A DNA stretch of 64,000 nucleotides from the IMG/VR virus record IMGVR_UViG_2695420475_000001; one strand, given 5' to 3'. Shown here in pieces: positions 1 through 10,576 of the stretch (the first letter of the stretch is position 1; the number at the start of each line of letters is the position of its first letter). The position numbers and the translations under genes were made by a program. Below the pieces are notes generated by a model. That model saw only the letters and a program-made list of their open reading frames with translations, did not search any database and was not told where the DNA came from. This DNA is from a virus (lineage: Duplodnaviria > Heunggongvirae > Uroviricota > Caudoviricetes).

Positions 1-783
1 TCTTCGCCACCTCACCAACCAGCTTGGAGGCGTCATACCCACCTTCGCCATTTAGGTGAGACGTCTTGCCAGTGATGGCATTCCACCAGTCCTTGACATC
101 CTGGAGAGCCTGGTTGATTGGCGTGACCAATACACCACGGAAGATGTCAATGACCTGGTTGATCATGGAGTTGATGCCGTTAAGCACTCCCCCGAGGCCC
201 GCGATCATATCCTGCGCAAACTGGCCGGAAACGATCTTCGAAGCATCAAGCCCGGGAATCACACTGCCCGACAGCAGGCCACCGATTAGTGTGGCGAGCT
301 TCCCCACCGGGGCGAGGATCATGTCAATGAAGTCAGCCGCAGCTGCAAGCGGATTGAACGACGGCGAGTTGAAGTCAATGTGCGCGAGGAACTTCTTCAG
401 ATTGTCGAACCAGAGCTTCAGCTCAGCGATTCCGCCATCCGCGATACCGGTGATCCACTTGACGATGTCACCGAGAAGCGGAACTTCCTTGAGACTGTTG
501 AGGAATGCCTCCATTCCCTCGTCAAGATTGATATTCAACCCGGGGAACAGACGATTTACCAACGCCTCGAGGATCGCAAGAGGCAGTCCCAGCGCCGCAT
601 TCAATCCATGGAAGATCGCATCAGACGCGTTATTCAGTGAACTGGTGTTCTGAACGCGCTGCTTGAGCATCTCCTCAATGGGCCCACGCGTTCGACCAGC
701 TAGATTGCCAAGCCCCGCACCAACAACGCCACCGTCATGTCCAGATAGGTCATACCCACTCGGATCGCTGCCAGTCGGCATCG
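1..783 (-). CDS. Minor tail protein, N-terminal part; the gene continues beyond the left window edge
   Basis: Open reading frame on the minus strand from an ATG at 781-783 (preceded by an AGGAG ribosome-binding site) to the window edge with no stop. Not in the ORF track because it is incomplete. Position downstream of the tail genes. Confidence 0.45.
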
Positions 784-790
784 TCATGGG

Positions 791-1246
791 TTACTCCTTG
801 GATTTGATGTACTCAGTGAGCAGGATCAATTTCTTGATCTCGGACTCGAACTGTTTGGAGATCTTGGCGCGCTCCTCATCGGAACCAGCCGCCTTGATCT
901 TCTTGAGAAGTTCCGCATACTCGGGATGTTCTTCAGCGATATACCCAAGAACCTCTTCGGCTTTAGCCTTCAGGTCGTTGGACTTACCGAAGTCTTCTGG
1001 CTTCTCATCCACAATGTCCGCGACGGCGAACTGGCCCCCACCTACAGCCCACTTCGTGGCAAGCTCTGGGTGCCAACGCAATCCGAGTTTCCACCACAGT
1101 TCAGATGTGGGTTCCCAGGACTGAACGATCGCCATAACCTGGTTCGGATTCGCACCTGGTCGCGGATCAACCATGCCTACGCCAAGGACCCAGGCCATTC
1201 CCTTAGGGTGCTCTGGATCGGGCGGATGAACATTAACCGGAGGCAT
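791..1246 (-). CDS. Hypothetical protein in the tail-gene cluster
   Basis: 151-aa ORF collinear with the tail operon. Confidence 0.45.
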   Translation of the reverse strand: MPPVNVHPPDPEHPKGMAWVLGVGMVDPRPGANPNQVMAIVQSWEPTSELWWKLGLRWHPELATKWAVGGGQFAVADIVDEKPEDFGKSNDLKAKAEEVLGYIAEEHPEYAELLKKIKAAGSDEERAKISKQFESEIKKLILLTEYIKSKE

Positions 1247-1291
1247 CTGCTCCTACCTCTATTGTCTCACGAATTAGCCTGCAGGCCAGCA

Positions 1292-3061
1292 CTAACTAAT
1301 GAGGTGGACACCGATGTTCTGGAGGATGTCCTTGATCTTCTTAGTTAGCCGAGCGAGACGTTCACCGACCGACATTGCGGCCTTGTTCTGCCCGATCTTC
1401 ACCTGGACGCTGAGTGGCGTATTGGACGCGTTATCCCATGAAGGAATGATCTCCTCGACCTGGGAAACGAAAATTCGGTCACCGTATCCACGGCTAGTGG
1501 AACCGACACGGGAACCAATTGCGAAGTGTGCACCCGGAATAATCCACGAGTTACCCCTCAATGACAGTGTATGCGAGGTCTCAGACTTCGACGCCAGGAA
1601 ACCACCACGTAGAGCAGCCAGCGCAGACAGCGACCACGAGTTGTTCTCCGCACCCTGCTGGTACAGCTCCCAAAGGTGCACCCACCCAAGGTTCTTCGCC
1701 CGGCCAGTGTTCTTCCACTCCAACCACGCGGCGATCGTGCCAACCAGGAATGGCATGATCACGTCAGCTGCGATGGTTCCCGCCGACGAGAATCCGCCAA
1801 GTAGGAAGTATCCCAGGATATTTCCGGTGGTTTCGATGATCAAACGTGCGATGGCATCTGCTGCCGGGTTGTCACCACCAACCACCACAGACACTGCAGT
1901 GGCGGGGCTCCACGTGAGCTCGCTGGTCTCGACTGGAGACCAGCTCGAATCTCTGATGACCAACCACGGCATTTGCGCCAAGGTGGCAAGCCACCCACTC
2001 CCGTAGTACTCGTCAGGGTGGTAAGTCTCATCATCTGCGATGACTGACGCGGTGTCCTCAATGAAGCCACCGACATACTGCACCACCGAACGGACCATGC
2101 CATCTGCGATCGTTCCGCCGAGGAAGGTTCCGCCCAGGATTGGGTTGTAATAACCGCTGTCGTCAACGATCTCGAAGATCAAAGCGCCATTCGCTGGTGT
2201 TTCAACGAACAGAATGCCGTTCTCAGTCTCGCCCTCATCGGAGAAGCAGCGCCTCCACCTGATGGTCAGCTGCGCATCCTCCAAGGCGTCCGCGATCACC
2301 GAATCGATCGGGTTCATGCGGGTACCGAGGACGGTCCACAGGGACGAATCATCAAGCGGTAGTGGATTGGCCTTGATGTGACACTGCCAGTTTTCCCACT
2401 CGGTAGGCAGTAGCCCGAGCCACTGGCTGAGGTCGAATGGGTCGTCTGGCAGGTGATAGATAGGTGCCTGTACTCGAATCAGGTTGATCAGGATCATGAT
2501 CGAGCAGGCCCATTTCGCAGGGCCCAGGATGGGTAGCACCCTTGGCCACTGGAAAACCGGGATAGGCAGGGCCGGGTTCGGGGGCCCGAGAAGGAACTGG
2601 AGGAACTGGAGGTCGTCGTTAAACGTTAGTTCCATGTACGCCATGCCATCTCGCATCTTCTTGGCATGGTGATGAAGCAAGCCCGTCCAACGGAGCTTGC
2701 CGCCGAAGAAGTCGATACGGATGACAACGTTCTTGCGCGCGTGAGGATCATCAGGAATGGAGCGCATCCACTCCGAGATGTAGTGATCGAAACGCAGCTC
2801 AAGCACACCCTGAGTGGAGGTGTTCTTCTTAAACGGGAACGAGGCCTTGATAGTGTCGCGGTAATCGACACGTCCGTAGTACTCGAGGCCTGGCGATCCG
2901 TCTTCCTTGTTGCGCCAGAAGGAGATCACCGGCTTTGCCATGCGAAGCCACATCAGCTCCTGGCGATATGCCTCGACAGACTCATTGATGCCCGAGATCT
3001 CCTCGAGCGTCCTTAGGCTCATACAGCCCCCACCGGTCGGCTCCAGGGGCGCGAGTACCAC
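1292..3061 (-). CDS. Minor tail protein (Tal-like, 589 aa)
   Basis: Large Gly-rich ORF two genes downstream of the tape measure, collinear with it. Confidence 0.6.
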   Translation of the reverse strand: MVLAPLEPTGGGCMSLRTLEEISGINESVEAYRQELMWLRMAKPVISFWRNKEDGSPGLEYYGRVDYRDTIKASFPFKKNTSTQGVLELRFDHYISEWMRSIPDDPHARKNVVIRIDFFGGKLRWTGLLHHHAKKMRDGMAYMELTFNDDLQFLQFLLGPPNPALPIPVFQWPRVLPILGPAKWACSIMILINLIRVQAPIYHLPDDPFDLSQWLGLLPTEWENWQCHIKANPLPLDDSSLWTVLGTRMNPIDSVIADALEDAQLTIRWRRCFSDEGETENGILFVETPANGALIFEIVDDSGYYNPILGGTFLGGTIADGMVRSVVQYVGGFIEDTASVIADDETYHPDEYYGSGWLATLAQMPWLVIRDSSWSPVETSELTWSPATAVSVVVGGDNPAADAIARLIIETTGNILGYFLLGGFSSAGTIAADVIMPFLVGTIAAWLEWKNTGRAKNLGWVHLWELYQQGAENNSWSLSALAALRGGFLASKSETSHTLSLRGNSWIIPGAHFAIGSRVGSTSRGYGDRIFVSQVEEIIPSWDNASNTPLSVQVKIGQNKAAMSVGERLARLTKKIKDILQNIGVHLIS

Positions 3062-3933
3062 TTAGGCACCTCGAGCTGGAGGCGATAGCCACCAACGGCG
3101 TCCTTCACCTGAACCGGGAGGCGGCTATAAGTCCCGCCAGCAATCGGGTACAGAAGATCCTTACCCTTCCAAAGTCCCTGAAGATGAATACGGTTGGCTG
3201 CCATCAGGGTTTGCACTCGCGGGTCTGAGTTCGCAACACAGCCAGCGCCCTTGGGCAGGTACGGGAGTTCGACGGTTCTACCCGAGTCCTGGATGCCTCG
3301 CCCATACTCTTCGTTGCCAAAGGAGAAGTCGGGCAGACGCCAGCGCGCCTGGTCGGTGAGAGTCCACCTTGGCCAGACGGGAACGTCACAGTCCACATCA
3401 AGCTTGAAAGTGGTTCGACCACTGGCGGTGTCGCCGTCCCACTCGTAGAAGTCCGAGGGCCCCACAAAGAACGGCAACTCAGCGGCAACAGTCATCACGA
3501 CGGTGCTGCAGGCATACAGCGCGGGGTCCTTGCCCTCCCAGGGACCGTCTTCGTATGCGCGGGGTTCTTCGAGAAGACGAACCCTCAAATCGCGGTAGCC
3601 ATCCGAGGTGGTGAAGCGAATGGTCGCTTCCTTCACGTAGTCAAACGCGAACCGCCACTTGGAGTCGACTGTGCGCCAAACCTCAGGGTCTCCCCCGTCA
3701 TCAAAGATGTTGACGGTGAATACGACGTCCCTACGCTCCCATCGGAAGTCAACGAACGTCTGTCCGTACGCACCCGGAAGCCACATCGACTTGACCGGGG
3801 CATCGATCATCCCCTTGAGCTTGGGCATGAGCTCCACGCCCTGCTCACCCTTACCGGGCCCGGAGATACAGAAGTACTCTCCGTGCACGCCGAAGATCTC
3901 AATCTTCGCGGTGTAATCGATTGTGTCCATCAC
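3019..3933 (-). CDS. Minor tail protein (distal-tail-like, 304 aa)
   Basis: First ORF downstream of the tape measure. Confidence 0.55.
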   Translation of the reverse strand: MMDTIDYTAKIEIFGVHGEYFCISGPGKGEQGVELMPKLKGMIDAPVKSMWLPGAYGQTFVDFRWERRDVVFTVNIFDDGGDPEVWRTVDSKWRFAFDYVKEATIRFTTSDGYRDLRVRLLEEPRAYEDGPWEGKDPALYACSTVVMTVAAELPFFVGPSDFYEWDGDTASGRTTFKLDVDCDVPVWPRWTLTDQARWRLPDFSFGNEEYGRGIQDSGRTVELPYLPKGAGCVANSDPRVQTLMAANRIHLQGLWKGKDLLYPIAGGTYSRLPVQVKDAVGGYRLQLEVPKWYSRPWSRPVGAV

Positions 3934-3978
3934 AAGTTTCCGTAGAATGGAAATGAAATACGCAGCCGCAGTGCGTGT

Positions 3979-6900
3979 TTAGCCGTACTTGGAGATGTAA
4001 GGCATTGCCGCCTGCGCGTCCGAGGTCGCCTGAACCCTCTTGAATTCATCAAGGTTCGTGACGTGGTACTGACGGTTGTCATTCACCAACTTCGGAACGC
4101 CGGTCTGCTGCGGCTGACGAGAAGGCAGCATTGGGATACCCGAGGCAGACTGAGTGGATCCACCAGTGGCGGTACCAACCAATAGCGACGACAGGATGTT
4201 CACGGCACCAGAGATGGCCTGGCCACCCATCTGGAAACCGGCCTGAATCCCCTGCCCTGCAGCTCCACCAGCGCCAGGCGCGGCGGTGTTGATACCCATA
4301 GAGGCAGCCATCGCGGCTAGGCCACCAATGGCTCCTGCAGCGCCCTTGATCGCACCCGAGACACTGGGGTTGTTGTGCTCCTGCGAGGTAGGTGCAGCAC
4401 CCAGGGTCGCGCGCATGTCTGGCTGATCGGTAGGAGATGCGCCAGGCTGTGCGCCTGGATCACCCGCCTGTGGACCGGCACCCATAGCGGCACCAGCACC
4501 ACCAACCTCAGTCAATGCGTCATTGACCTGGGGAAGAGCGCCAGGGTTAGGGGCGGGAGCAGTCGCCCCCGGCCCCGGCGCACCTCCGGTCGAAGGGACC
4601 GCACCAGCTGCGCCAATAGATGGCACCTGAACAGCGGGTGCAGGCTGCTGCTCGGGCTGATCTAGGTCTAGCGGTCCAGGGGTCTGGCCACCGGCTCCAG
4701 GAGTAGGAGGAGGCGGAATGAAGAGCGGGAATCCACCGTCAGCGAATCCCTTGGCGACATTGCGTGGAACCTTCTTGCTGTTGAGCGCATCGAACAGCGC
4801 GGGCCCATAGAATTGAGTCGCGTCCCCGCTGGTGCGATACTCACCAGTCGACAGCCATGCCAAGTCGTTGGCCCAGCCACCATCGGCAAAACCGACACCG
4901 CGCCCGATCTGGTTTGGCGATCCGTCCTTGTTAACGCCCCATCGCTTGATGGTGTAGTTGATGGCAGCGGCGATCTGGGATACCGGGTCGTTGATACTTC
5001 CCGACCCAATGTTTTCGACCTTGTAGGAGTCGAAAGTGGTTGGCAGGAAGTTGAATAGACCCTGGACGGTTTGCCTTCCACCCTTGCCGTCAGTGTCGTT
5101 TGGGTTGATCGAGAACGGATCACCCTTCGACTCAGTCCAGATCTGCTCCTCAAGGGGCTTCTGCCACAAGGAGGGATCCACGCCCATTGCCGCACAGATC
5201 TGTGCGATGAGCGCTCCATAGCGCGCGTGGATCTGCTCCTTCGTGGTCGACTGTCCGAGACCACTCGTAGGAGCCCCGCCCTTGCCCGAGCTGTATGCAC
5301 TCGGATCGAATGACATCCCGTTGGCCGCTAGCTTCTGCTGCAGCTGAGGGCTCAAGCCTGCGACACCGCTTGAGTAGTCAGACATCGCCTGGTCGGCCAC
5401 ATCAGCGCCCGCGTTGGATCCGTTGGATCCATTGAGTGCGCTCATGAATTTGTCGAGCGGATTGGAATTCTTCTTAGGCTCGTCGCTCAGGTAGTAGTTG
5501 CCGATCTGCTGGGCTGCCTGGACATACGACAAGTCAAGGCCGAAGATTCCAGCCAGCGCCTGCAGACCGACCTGGCCGACCTGCTTTGCGATCGATACCG
5601 GCTGAATGTTGTCAGGCAGAGTCTTCAATGCTGCCAATAGGTTTGGTGTACCCGATCCACCGCCCTGCTGGTAGATGTTAGGCAGCATCGCCCGGCCACC
5701 AGGCAATGGGATAGACCAGCTCTGACGGGTGTGGACGTGGTCGGTATGTCCACCCCAGTCGTCGCGGTAGTAGTCCTCAATCGACTGGTTAGCGCCACGA
5801 TCACCTGGATCAACGCCAATCTTGGTTCCGTCACGCGGATCCATGAAGATGACCTGCTCCATACCGGGAACAGACTTCACGTACTCCGCGAAAGCACGAA
5901 GGTTCTCGGGAGGACCAGTCCAGTCGATACCCTTGTTCAGGCCACTCTTTTCCTGGTGCCCCGGATAAGTGGATGCCTTCAGTCCGAAGGCCGAACCGAG
6001 CTGGTTGACCCAGTCAGGGAACTTAACTCCCTGACCGCCGAAGCCTTCGCTATTGGATCCGACGGCAATGCCGTATGGCTCGCGGATATCAGGCACCCCG
6101 CCACCCAGTGCAATGTCCGCACCCGGGATGCTGAAATCAGCTCCAGGGCCTGGTGTTACAGGCGTATCGCCAAGATGAGGGGCTGGCTTACCGATCGAAG
6201 GTGCTGCACCACCAGGGTTTAGCGTCTGCTTCGGGCCAATCGGAGGAAGATCGGGCGCAGGAGTAGGACGTGGTGGAGGTGCAGGAAGCGGCGCAGGAAC
6301 AGGCGCAGGCGCTGGAGCGGGTGCTGCTGGCTCGGGCATGAATCCAGGCGCGACAGCGGGCATTGGCGCGATACCCCCACCACCGCCAATGGGGCCGATA
6401 GGGCTCGGCACCGGCATAGGAGGCTGCTGTGGGATATCGAACGGGAATCCGCCGCCGAAGTGGCGAGGAATCCTCTTGTTGTTCAGGTCGTCAAATAGCT
6501 TGACGCCGTAGTAACTAACGGCATCGGCATTGGTAATGTGCTCGTATGGCGAGACGCGAACTAGGTTCATGTCATCGCGCGGGCCACCGATTCCCCGAAC
6601 GAGACCGCCGTCCTTGAACTTCTGGACATCTAGAAGCTGAGCAGTGGCATCAGCAGTCAGGTGAGTCTCGTACTGACCGTCGCGGACCTTGGTGGTCGTA
6701 CCGATCGTCTCATCAACGTTCGGATCACGGTCGGTGGTGATGACACCGCTACCGTCCTGACCGATCGCAATGTGCGAGGAGTCATTCAGCCCACCGAAGG
6801 GCCCGAAGATCGCAGCACCACGGCCACCAGGCTTGAAGCGACCCTGTCCATTAGATGCCTCGTTGACCTGGCGCTTGTCCGCACCATGCTGGCCAAGTGA

Positions 6901-9729
6901 GCTCGGGATGTCGCTAAGACCGATCAGCGGGGCCGCGAGATCGATGGTCCCAGTGGACTTCAGTACCGAGGTGAAATCGTGCGGGATAGCTCCAGTGGCC
7001 TGTCCAGCAGAAATGCGAGGCGTGTTAACAGCGGCAGGCATCCATGGAAAGATGTTGTGGCTCTGGAGAATATCGTTGTATGCCTTGTCGACCTTCTCCT
7101 TAGCCTTCTGGTCACCACGCAGACCGGCCACGAAAGTGTCAAGGTCAATGCCGCGCTCGTTCCACAGGTCGGCGTCACCACGCCAGACCTCGCTCGAACC
7201 GATAATCGACTTCAGCTGCTCCTGGCCAGCGCCAAGGAGCTGACTGCGCTGTGCGTCGTTACCAGGGAGCATCGCCGCAAGAAGCTGTGCATCGCTCTGA
7301 ACCAAGTTGGAGCGACGAGCATCCTCAAAGAGGTTCCTATCCCCCAGGCCGGGGATGGCGTACTTCTGGGCGCTCTTGGCGGTCTCGGTTACACCCTGCG
7401 CGTTGAGGTTGCCAGTGACGTCGTCAATAGCACCCTTCAGGCCATCGAGGGCAACCCTCTGCCTATCAGCGTCTTCGGCAGCCTTGCGGTGAGACTCTCC
7501 GAGCTTGTCAATGGCAATGATCGCGCCGCCTACGGCAGCGGTGAGTGCCAGCGGTCCGAACAGGGCCCCGGCGAGCGCACCAACACGGGTGAGCATCGAA
7601 GCCCTACCGGCCCCGCCGATCTTCTCCCCCGCACGCGTGGCAGCATCACCAACATCGTTGATGCCCTTGCGGGCGTTGCCTGCCGCAGTAGTAGTCGCGG
7701 TGAGCTTAGGTTCGACCTCCTTAACCTTGCGACCGAAAGCGTCGTACCGGTTGCCCGCGCGGTCGACAGCTTCACCGAAGCGCAGGGCCTCCTCACGCGC
7801 CTGACGGCTAGAAAGACCAGGAAGCTCCTCGCCCTTGGCGACACGGAGGTTGCGCGCGGTCGCCTGAACGCCAGGGATGTTGCGAGTTCCCTCGAAACGT
7901 GCAGCGGCCTCAACAACCTTGTTGTAGTTCTTCCAGGCCCCAGTGAGCCCCTCAAGAATGGGCTTGACCGTGCGGTAGGTCAGATAGACCTTCAGCAGCG
8001 TGGAGAGCGCATGAGTGTGCTGCTCAATCCACCTCGCGGAGCTGATGAATACGCCGAGGGCTCCAAGCATCGCTGCCGACCACTCGCGCGCAGCCTCTAC
8101 CGCATCACCGATACCACCCTTGACACGCTTCAACGCATCCCAGAGGCGATCAATGAAGTCGCGAGCCTCACCGAAGTACTTCGCCAACATGTTCTGGCCA
8201 CGTGTGGACTTCAGGAAGTCGTCAAGTTTCTTCGTTCCATCGGCCAACGAGGAGATGAATCCGCCCTTATGACCGGAAGCCTTGTCGAAGGCAGCGGCCA
8301 CCGACGAGACGATCCCACCGATGTTCAACAGGGAGTTGCCAAGATCACCGATGGCCTTCAGGCCTGAGTCAATCCAGCGGTCGAGCGAACCGTCAGTGGA
8401 AACTCGCTTGGTGAACCGATCGAAGCGGTCGAAGACCGAGGAGAACGCATTACCAATACGTGGCAGGAAGTCCGAGGACTCCTTGGTCAACCGGGTGAAG
8501 CCACTGATCAGTGGGTCCATTCCCCGGGCCATGTTGCGCCAGAAGATGTCAGTGTTGCCGAAGATCGCGGACATCAATCCCTGGTTGGCGTTGCCGCCGA
8601 CAGAGGACAGCGCGCTCCTTAGGGCAGCGTTGATTCCGCTTGCGGTGCGACGGATTCCGATGGACAGTCCCGGCAAGGCCTTCTGGCCTAGCTCCGTAAT
8701 CGCTACGTCGAGGCCCTCGCTAAGCGCGTCCTGAGAGCTCTGCTGAAGTTCATGCCATGCACCCGATAGCCCATGGACTGCCTCAACGGTCTTGCGCATA
8801 TTCGGCGACAGCTGGCCGAGCGCCTTATCTACCTCTGAGATCTTCGAGGCGCTGAGAGCCTCTGTGTTCTTCGCAATCTGGTCGAGGGCATCAAGTACCC
8901 GATCCGCGCCTTCTACGCCCTGAGCGTTCGCGTCAGCGGCATCCTGCGCAGTCCTCTGCGCCCTGGTCTGGACCTCCTGTAGGTGATCCAGTGCCTGAAG
9001 GTACGAAAGCTGGTCACGCTTCAACTCAGTGAGCGAACGCTGACCACCCTCACGAATACGGTCAGCAGCCTCCTGCACGGACAGAACGGCATCGGCCACA
9101 TTCAAGGACGAACGACGGTTCTCCGCGTTCAGGTCCTGAATCTCGCGGATAGTGTCGCGAACAGCCATGCGATACGAGCGATACGAGCTCTCCACATTGC
9201 GGTTCGCAGTGGCGATCTCACGCGCACGAGTCGTTGCGTCCTTGGAGTCTGCCGAGTAGGCCTTGAAAGCAGCGCCAACACCATTGAGTCCAACGGCAAG
9301 TGCGCCAACCGATGCCAGTGCACCGCCAAGTAGGCCAGGAAGAGCAAAGGCGCTCTTAGCCAACGCGTCTAGGCCCGACGTTGCGCTACCAGCCGCATAC
9401 GCGAGAGCCGGTAGGGCGTCGAGCCCAATTACCTTGATATTTAGGCGAAGTGCCTTAGAAAGAGAGTTCCGCTTGAAGATGTGCTCAACCTGCGAAAGGT
9501 CGCGTCGGAACGTCTGAAGATCTGCCCGGACGGGGATCGAAACCGCATTCAGTTCCTGGCGCTGACGCCAAGCCTGTACTTCTGCTTCGGCCTTGCCGAG
9601 CTGCGGGTCAAATTCGATCTTGATGTGATCGAACTTCATTGCGTTAAGGCGGCGATCCGCCTCAGTCTTGAACCCACGCAGAGTAGGGACAATGCGGATT
9701 GCGGCCTCACCCACTAGGGTGGCAGCCAT
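3979..9729 (-). CDS. Tail tape measure protein (1916 aa)
   Basis: Very long ORF with coiled-coil/Ala-rich N-terminal part, Gly/Pro-rich linkers and an internally duplicated motif. Lies between the chaperones and the minor tail genes. Confidence 0.9.
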   Translation of the reverse strand: MAATLVGEAAIRIVPTLRGFKTEADRRLNAMKFDHIKIEFDPQLGKAEAEVQAWRQRQELNAVSIPVRADLQTFRRDLSQVEHIFKRNSLSKALRLNIKVIGLDALPALAYAAGSATSGLDALAKSAFALPGLLGGALASVGALAVGLNGVGAAFKAYSADSKDATTRAREIATANRNVESSYRSYRMAVRDTIREIQDLNAENRRSSLNVADAVLSVQEAADRIREGGQRSLTELKRDQLSYLQALDHLQEVQTRAQRTAQDAADANAQGVEGADRVLDALDQIAKNTEALSASKISEVDKALGQLSPNMRKTVEAVHGLSGAWHELQQSSQDALSEGLDVAITELGQKALPGLSIGIRRTASGINAALRSALSSVGGNANQGLMSAIFGNTDIFWRNMARGMDPLISGFTRLTKESSDFLPRIGNAFSSVFDRFDRFTKRVSTDGSLDRWIDSGLKAIGDLGNSLLNIGGIVSSVAAAFDKASGHKGGFISSLADGTKKLDDFLKSTRGQNMLAKYFGEARDFIDRLWDALKRVKGGIGDAVEAAREWSAAMLGALGVFISSARWIEQHTHALSTLLKVYLTYRTVKPILEGLTGAWKNYNKVVEAAARFEGTRNIPGVQATARNLRVAKGEELPGLSSRQAREEALRFGEAVDRAGNRYDAFGRKVKEVEPKLTATTTAAGNARKGINDVGDAATRAGEKIGGAGRASMLTRVGALAGALFGPLALTAAVGGAIIAIDKLGESHRKAAEDADRQRVALDGLKGAIDDVTGNLNAQGVTETAKSAQKYAIPGLGDRNLFEDARRSNLVQSDAQLLAAMLPGNDAQRSQLLGAGQEQLKSIIGSSEVWRGDADLWNERGIDLDTFVAGLRGDQKAKEKVDKAYNDILQSHNIFPWMPAAVNTPRISAGQATGAIPHDFTSVLKSTGTIDLAAPLIGLSDIPSSLGQHGADKRQVNEASNGQGRFKPGGRGAAIFGPFGGLNDSSHIAIGQDGSGVITTDRDPNVDETIGTTTKVRDGQYETHLTADATAQLLDVQKFKDGGLVRGIGGPRDDMNLVRVSPYEHITNADAVSYYGVKLFDDLNNKRIPRHFGGGFPFDIPQQPPMPVPSPIGPIGGGGGIAPMPAVAPGFMPEPAAPAPAPAPVPAPLPAPPPRPTPAPDLPPIGPKQTLNPGGAAPSIGKPAPHLGDTPVTPGPGADFSIPGADIALGGGVPDIREPYGIAVGSNSEGFGGQGVKFPDWVNQLGSAFGLKASTYPGHQEKSGLNKGIDWTGPPENLRAFAEYVKSVPGMEQVIFMDPRDGTKIGVDPGDRGANQSIEDYYRDDWGGHTDHVHTRQSWSIPLPGGRAMLPNIYQQGGGSGTPNLLAALKTLPDNIQPVSIAKQVGQVGLQALAGIFGLDLSYVQAAQQIGNYYLSDEPKKNSNPLDKFMSALNGSNGSNAGADVADQAMSDYSSGVAGLSPQLQQKLAANGMSFDPSAYSSGKGGAPTSGLGQSTTKEQIHARYGALIAQICAAMGVDPSLWQKPLEEQIWTESKGDPFSINPNDTDGKGGRQTVQGLFNFLPTTFDSYKVENIGSGSINDPVSQIAAAINYTIKRWGVNKDGSPNQIGRGVGFADGGWANDLAWLSTGEYRTSGDATQFYGPALFDALNSKKVPRNVAKGFADGGFPLFIPPPPTPGAGGQTPGPLDLDQPEQQPAPAVQVPSIGAAGAVPSTGGAPGPGATAPAPNPGALPQVNDALTEVGGAGAAMGAGPQAGDPGAQPGASPTDQPDMRATLGAAPTSQEHNNPSVSGAIKGAAGAIGGLAAMAASMGINTAAPGAGGAAGQGIQAGFQMGGQAISGAVNILSSLLVGTATGGSTQSASGIPMLPSRQPQQTGVPKLVNDNRQYHVTNLDEFKRVQATSDAQAAMPYISKYG

Positions 9730-9742
9730 TTAGTCTCCTGGA

Positions 9743-10033
9743 CTATTGACGCTGTGTCCGTTCGCGATTGCGCTGCTGCGCGCGCTCGACAGCGTTCTTG
9801 GTTTTGATCAACTTCCGCTGGAGACGCAATTCGAGGCCCGGGATGACAGGACCCGGCAAGGACTTACCGATCTGCACCTCAACGAGGCGCTTCAGCCACG
9901 CGATATCTTCGGTGTGCCCGAAGATGCGTACCTTGTTGGGACCGTCATCGCTGTCCTTACGAGACCCCATCCATTCGATAGTTTCCGGGTCGTTGAGAAC
10001 AGCCTCATTGGTCAGAGTGCCCTGGATATTCAT
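9743..10033 (-). CDS. Tail assembly chaperone, downstream frame (T-like extension expressed by -1 frameshift)
   Basis: ORF in the -1 frame relative to the upstream chaperone, between the major tail and the tape measure. The open frame probably extends upstream of the first Met. Confidence 0.55.
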   Translation of the reverse strand: MNIQGTLTNEAVLNDPETIEWMGSRKDSDDGPNKVRIFGHTEDIAWLKRLVEVQIGKSLPGPVIPGLELRLQRKLIKTKNAVERAQQRNRERTQRQ

Positions 10034-10191
10034 CAGGGTGTCAAAGAATCCGAGTAGCTCATCAATGGGCCGCTTGCGTCGCCATCGGCCATCGCCAACC
10101 GGCTCCCACTGAAAGTACTCGTATGCAGAGAAATGAAGAAGGTGCTGGCAATCCCAGCAGATCGCTGACCAGTAACGGTCAACGATCGTGA

Positions 10192-10482
10192 TTAGTCTTT
10201 TAGGCCCTCATCACCCGGCGCTCCGAAGAAGTGGCGCAGGTAGAGGGTGTTGAAGTTCTCCCACACGTGCTTTGGCAGCGGGTCGAACAGCTCGTGGACG
10301 GCGTCGTACAGATCACCGAACAAGGCGCGCTCACCGGCCTCAATCGTTGGGGCGGAACGCCACGCGTTCACCTGCGCCTGAGTTGGCTCAAGGAACTTTA
10401 GTCCCTGGAACTCCAGCGGAGGGATCGCATTTTCAGTCTGAAGCTTCTCCCAGACTGAATCGGTGTTTTTTGCAGTAGCCAC
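10192..10482 (-). CDS. Tail assembly chaperone (G-like)
   Basis: 96-aa acidic ORF directly downstream of the major tail gene. Confidence 0.6.
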   Translation of the reverse strand: MATAKNTDSVWEKLQTENAIPPLEFQGLKFLEPTQAQVNAWRSAPTIEAGERALFGDLYDAVHELFDPLPKHVWENFNTLYLRHFFGAPGDEGLKD

Positions 10483-10576
10483 TTGATCTGCTCCTATCGA
10501 AAGTGGTTGTTACAGAGGTAATCCCCAGCCCCGCAGCGCTGCCGCAGGGCCGGGGAAAGTCATTGAATTGCCAGGA

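Noticed and set aside
66-653. Plus-strand ORFs (66..653, 380..640, 663..1124 etc.) at the left edge
   Set aside because: They lie antisense to a continuous minus-strand minor tail gene that runs off the window. Codon usage and operon context favour the minus strand.
4317-8734. Numerous 60-460-aa ORFs on both strands inside the tape measure gene (e.g. 6979..8367 +, 4668..5300 -)
   Set aside because: They are shadow ORFs of a GC-rich 5.7 kb gene. Their Arg/Ser/Pro-rich translations are typical of wrong-frame reads.
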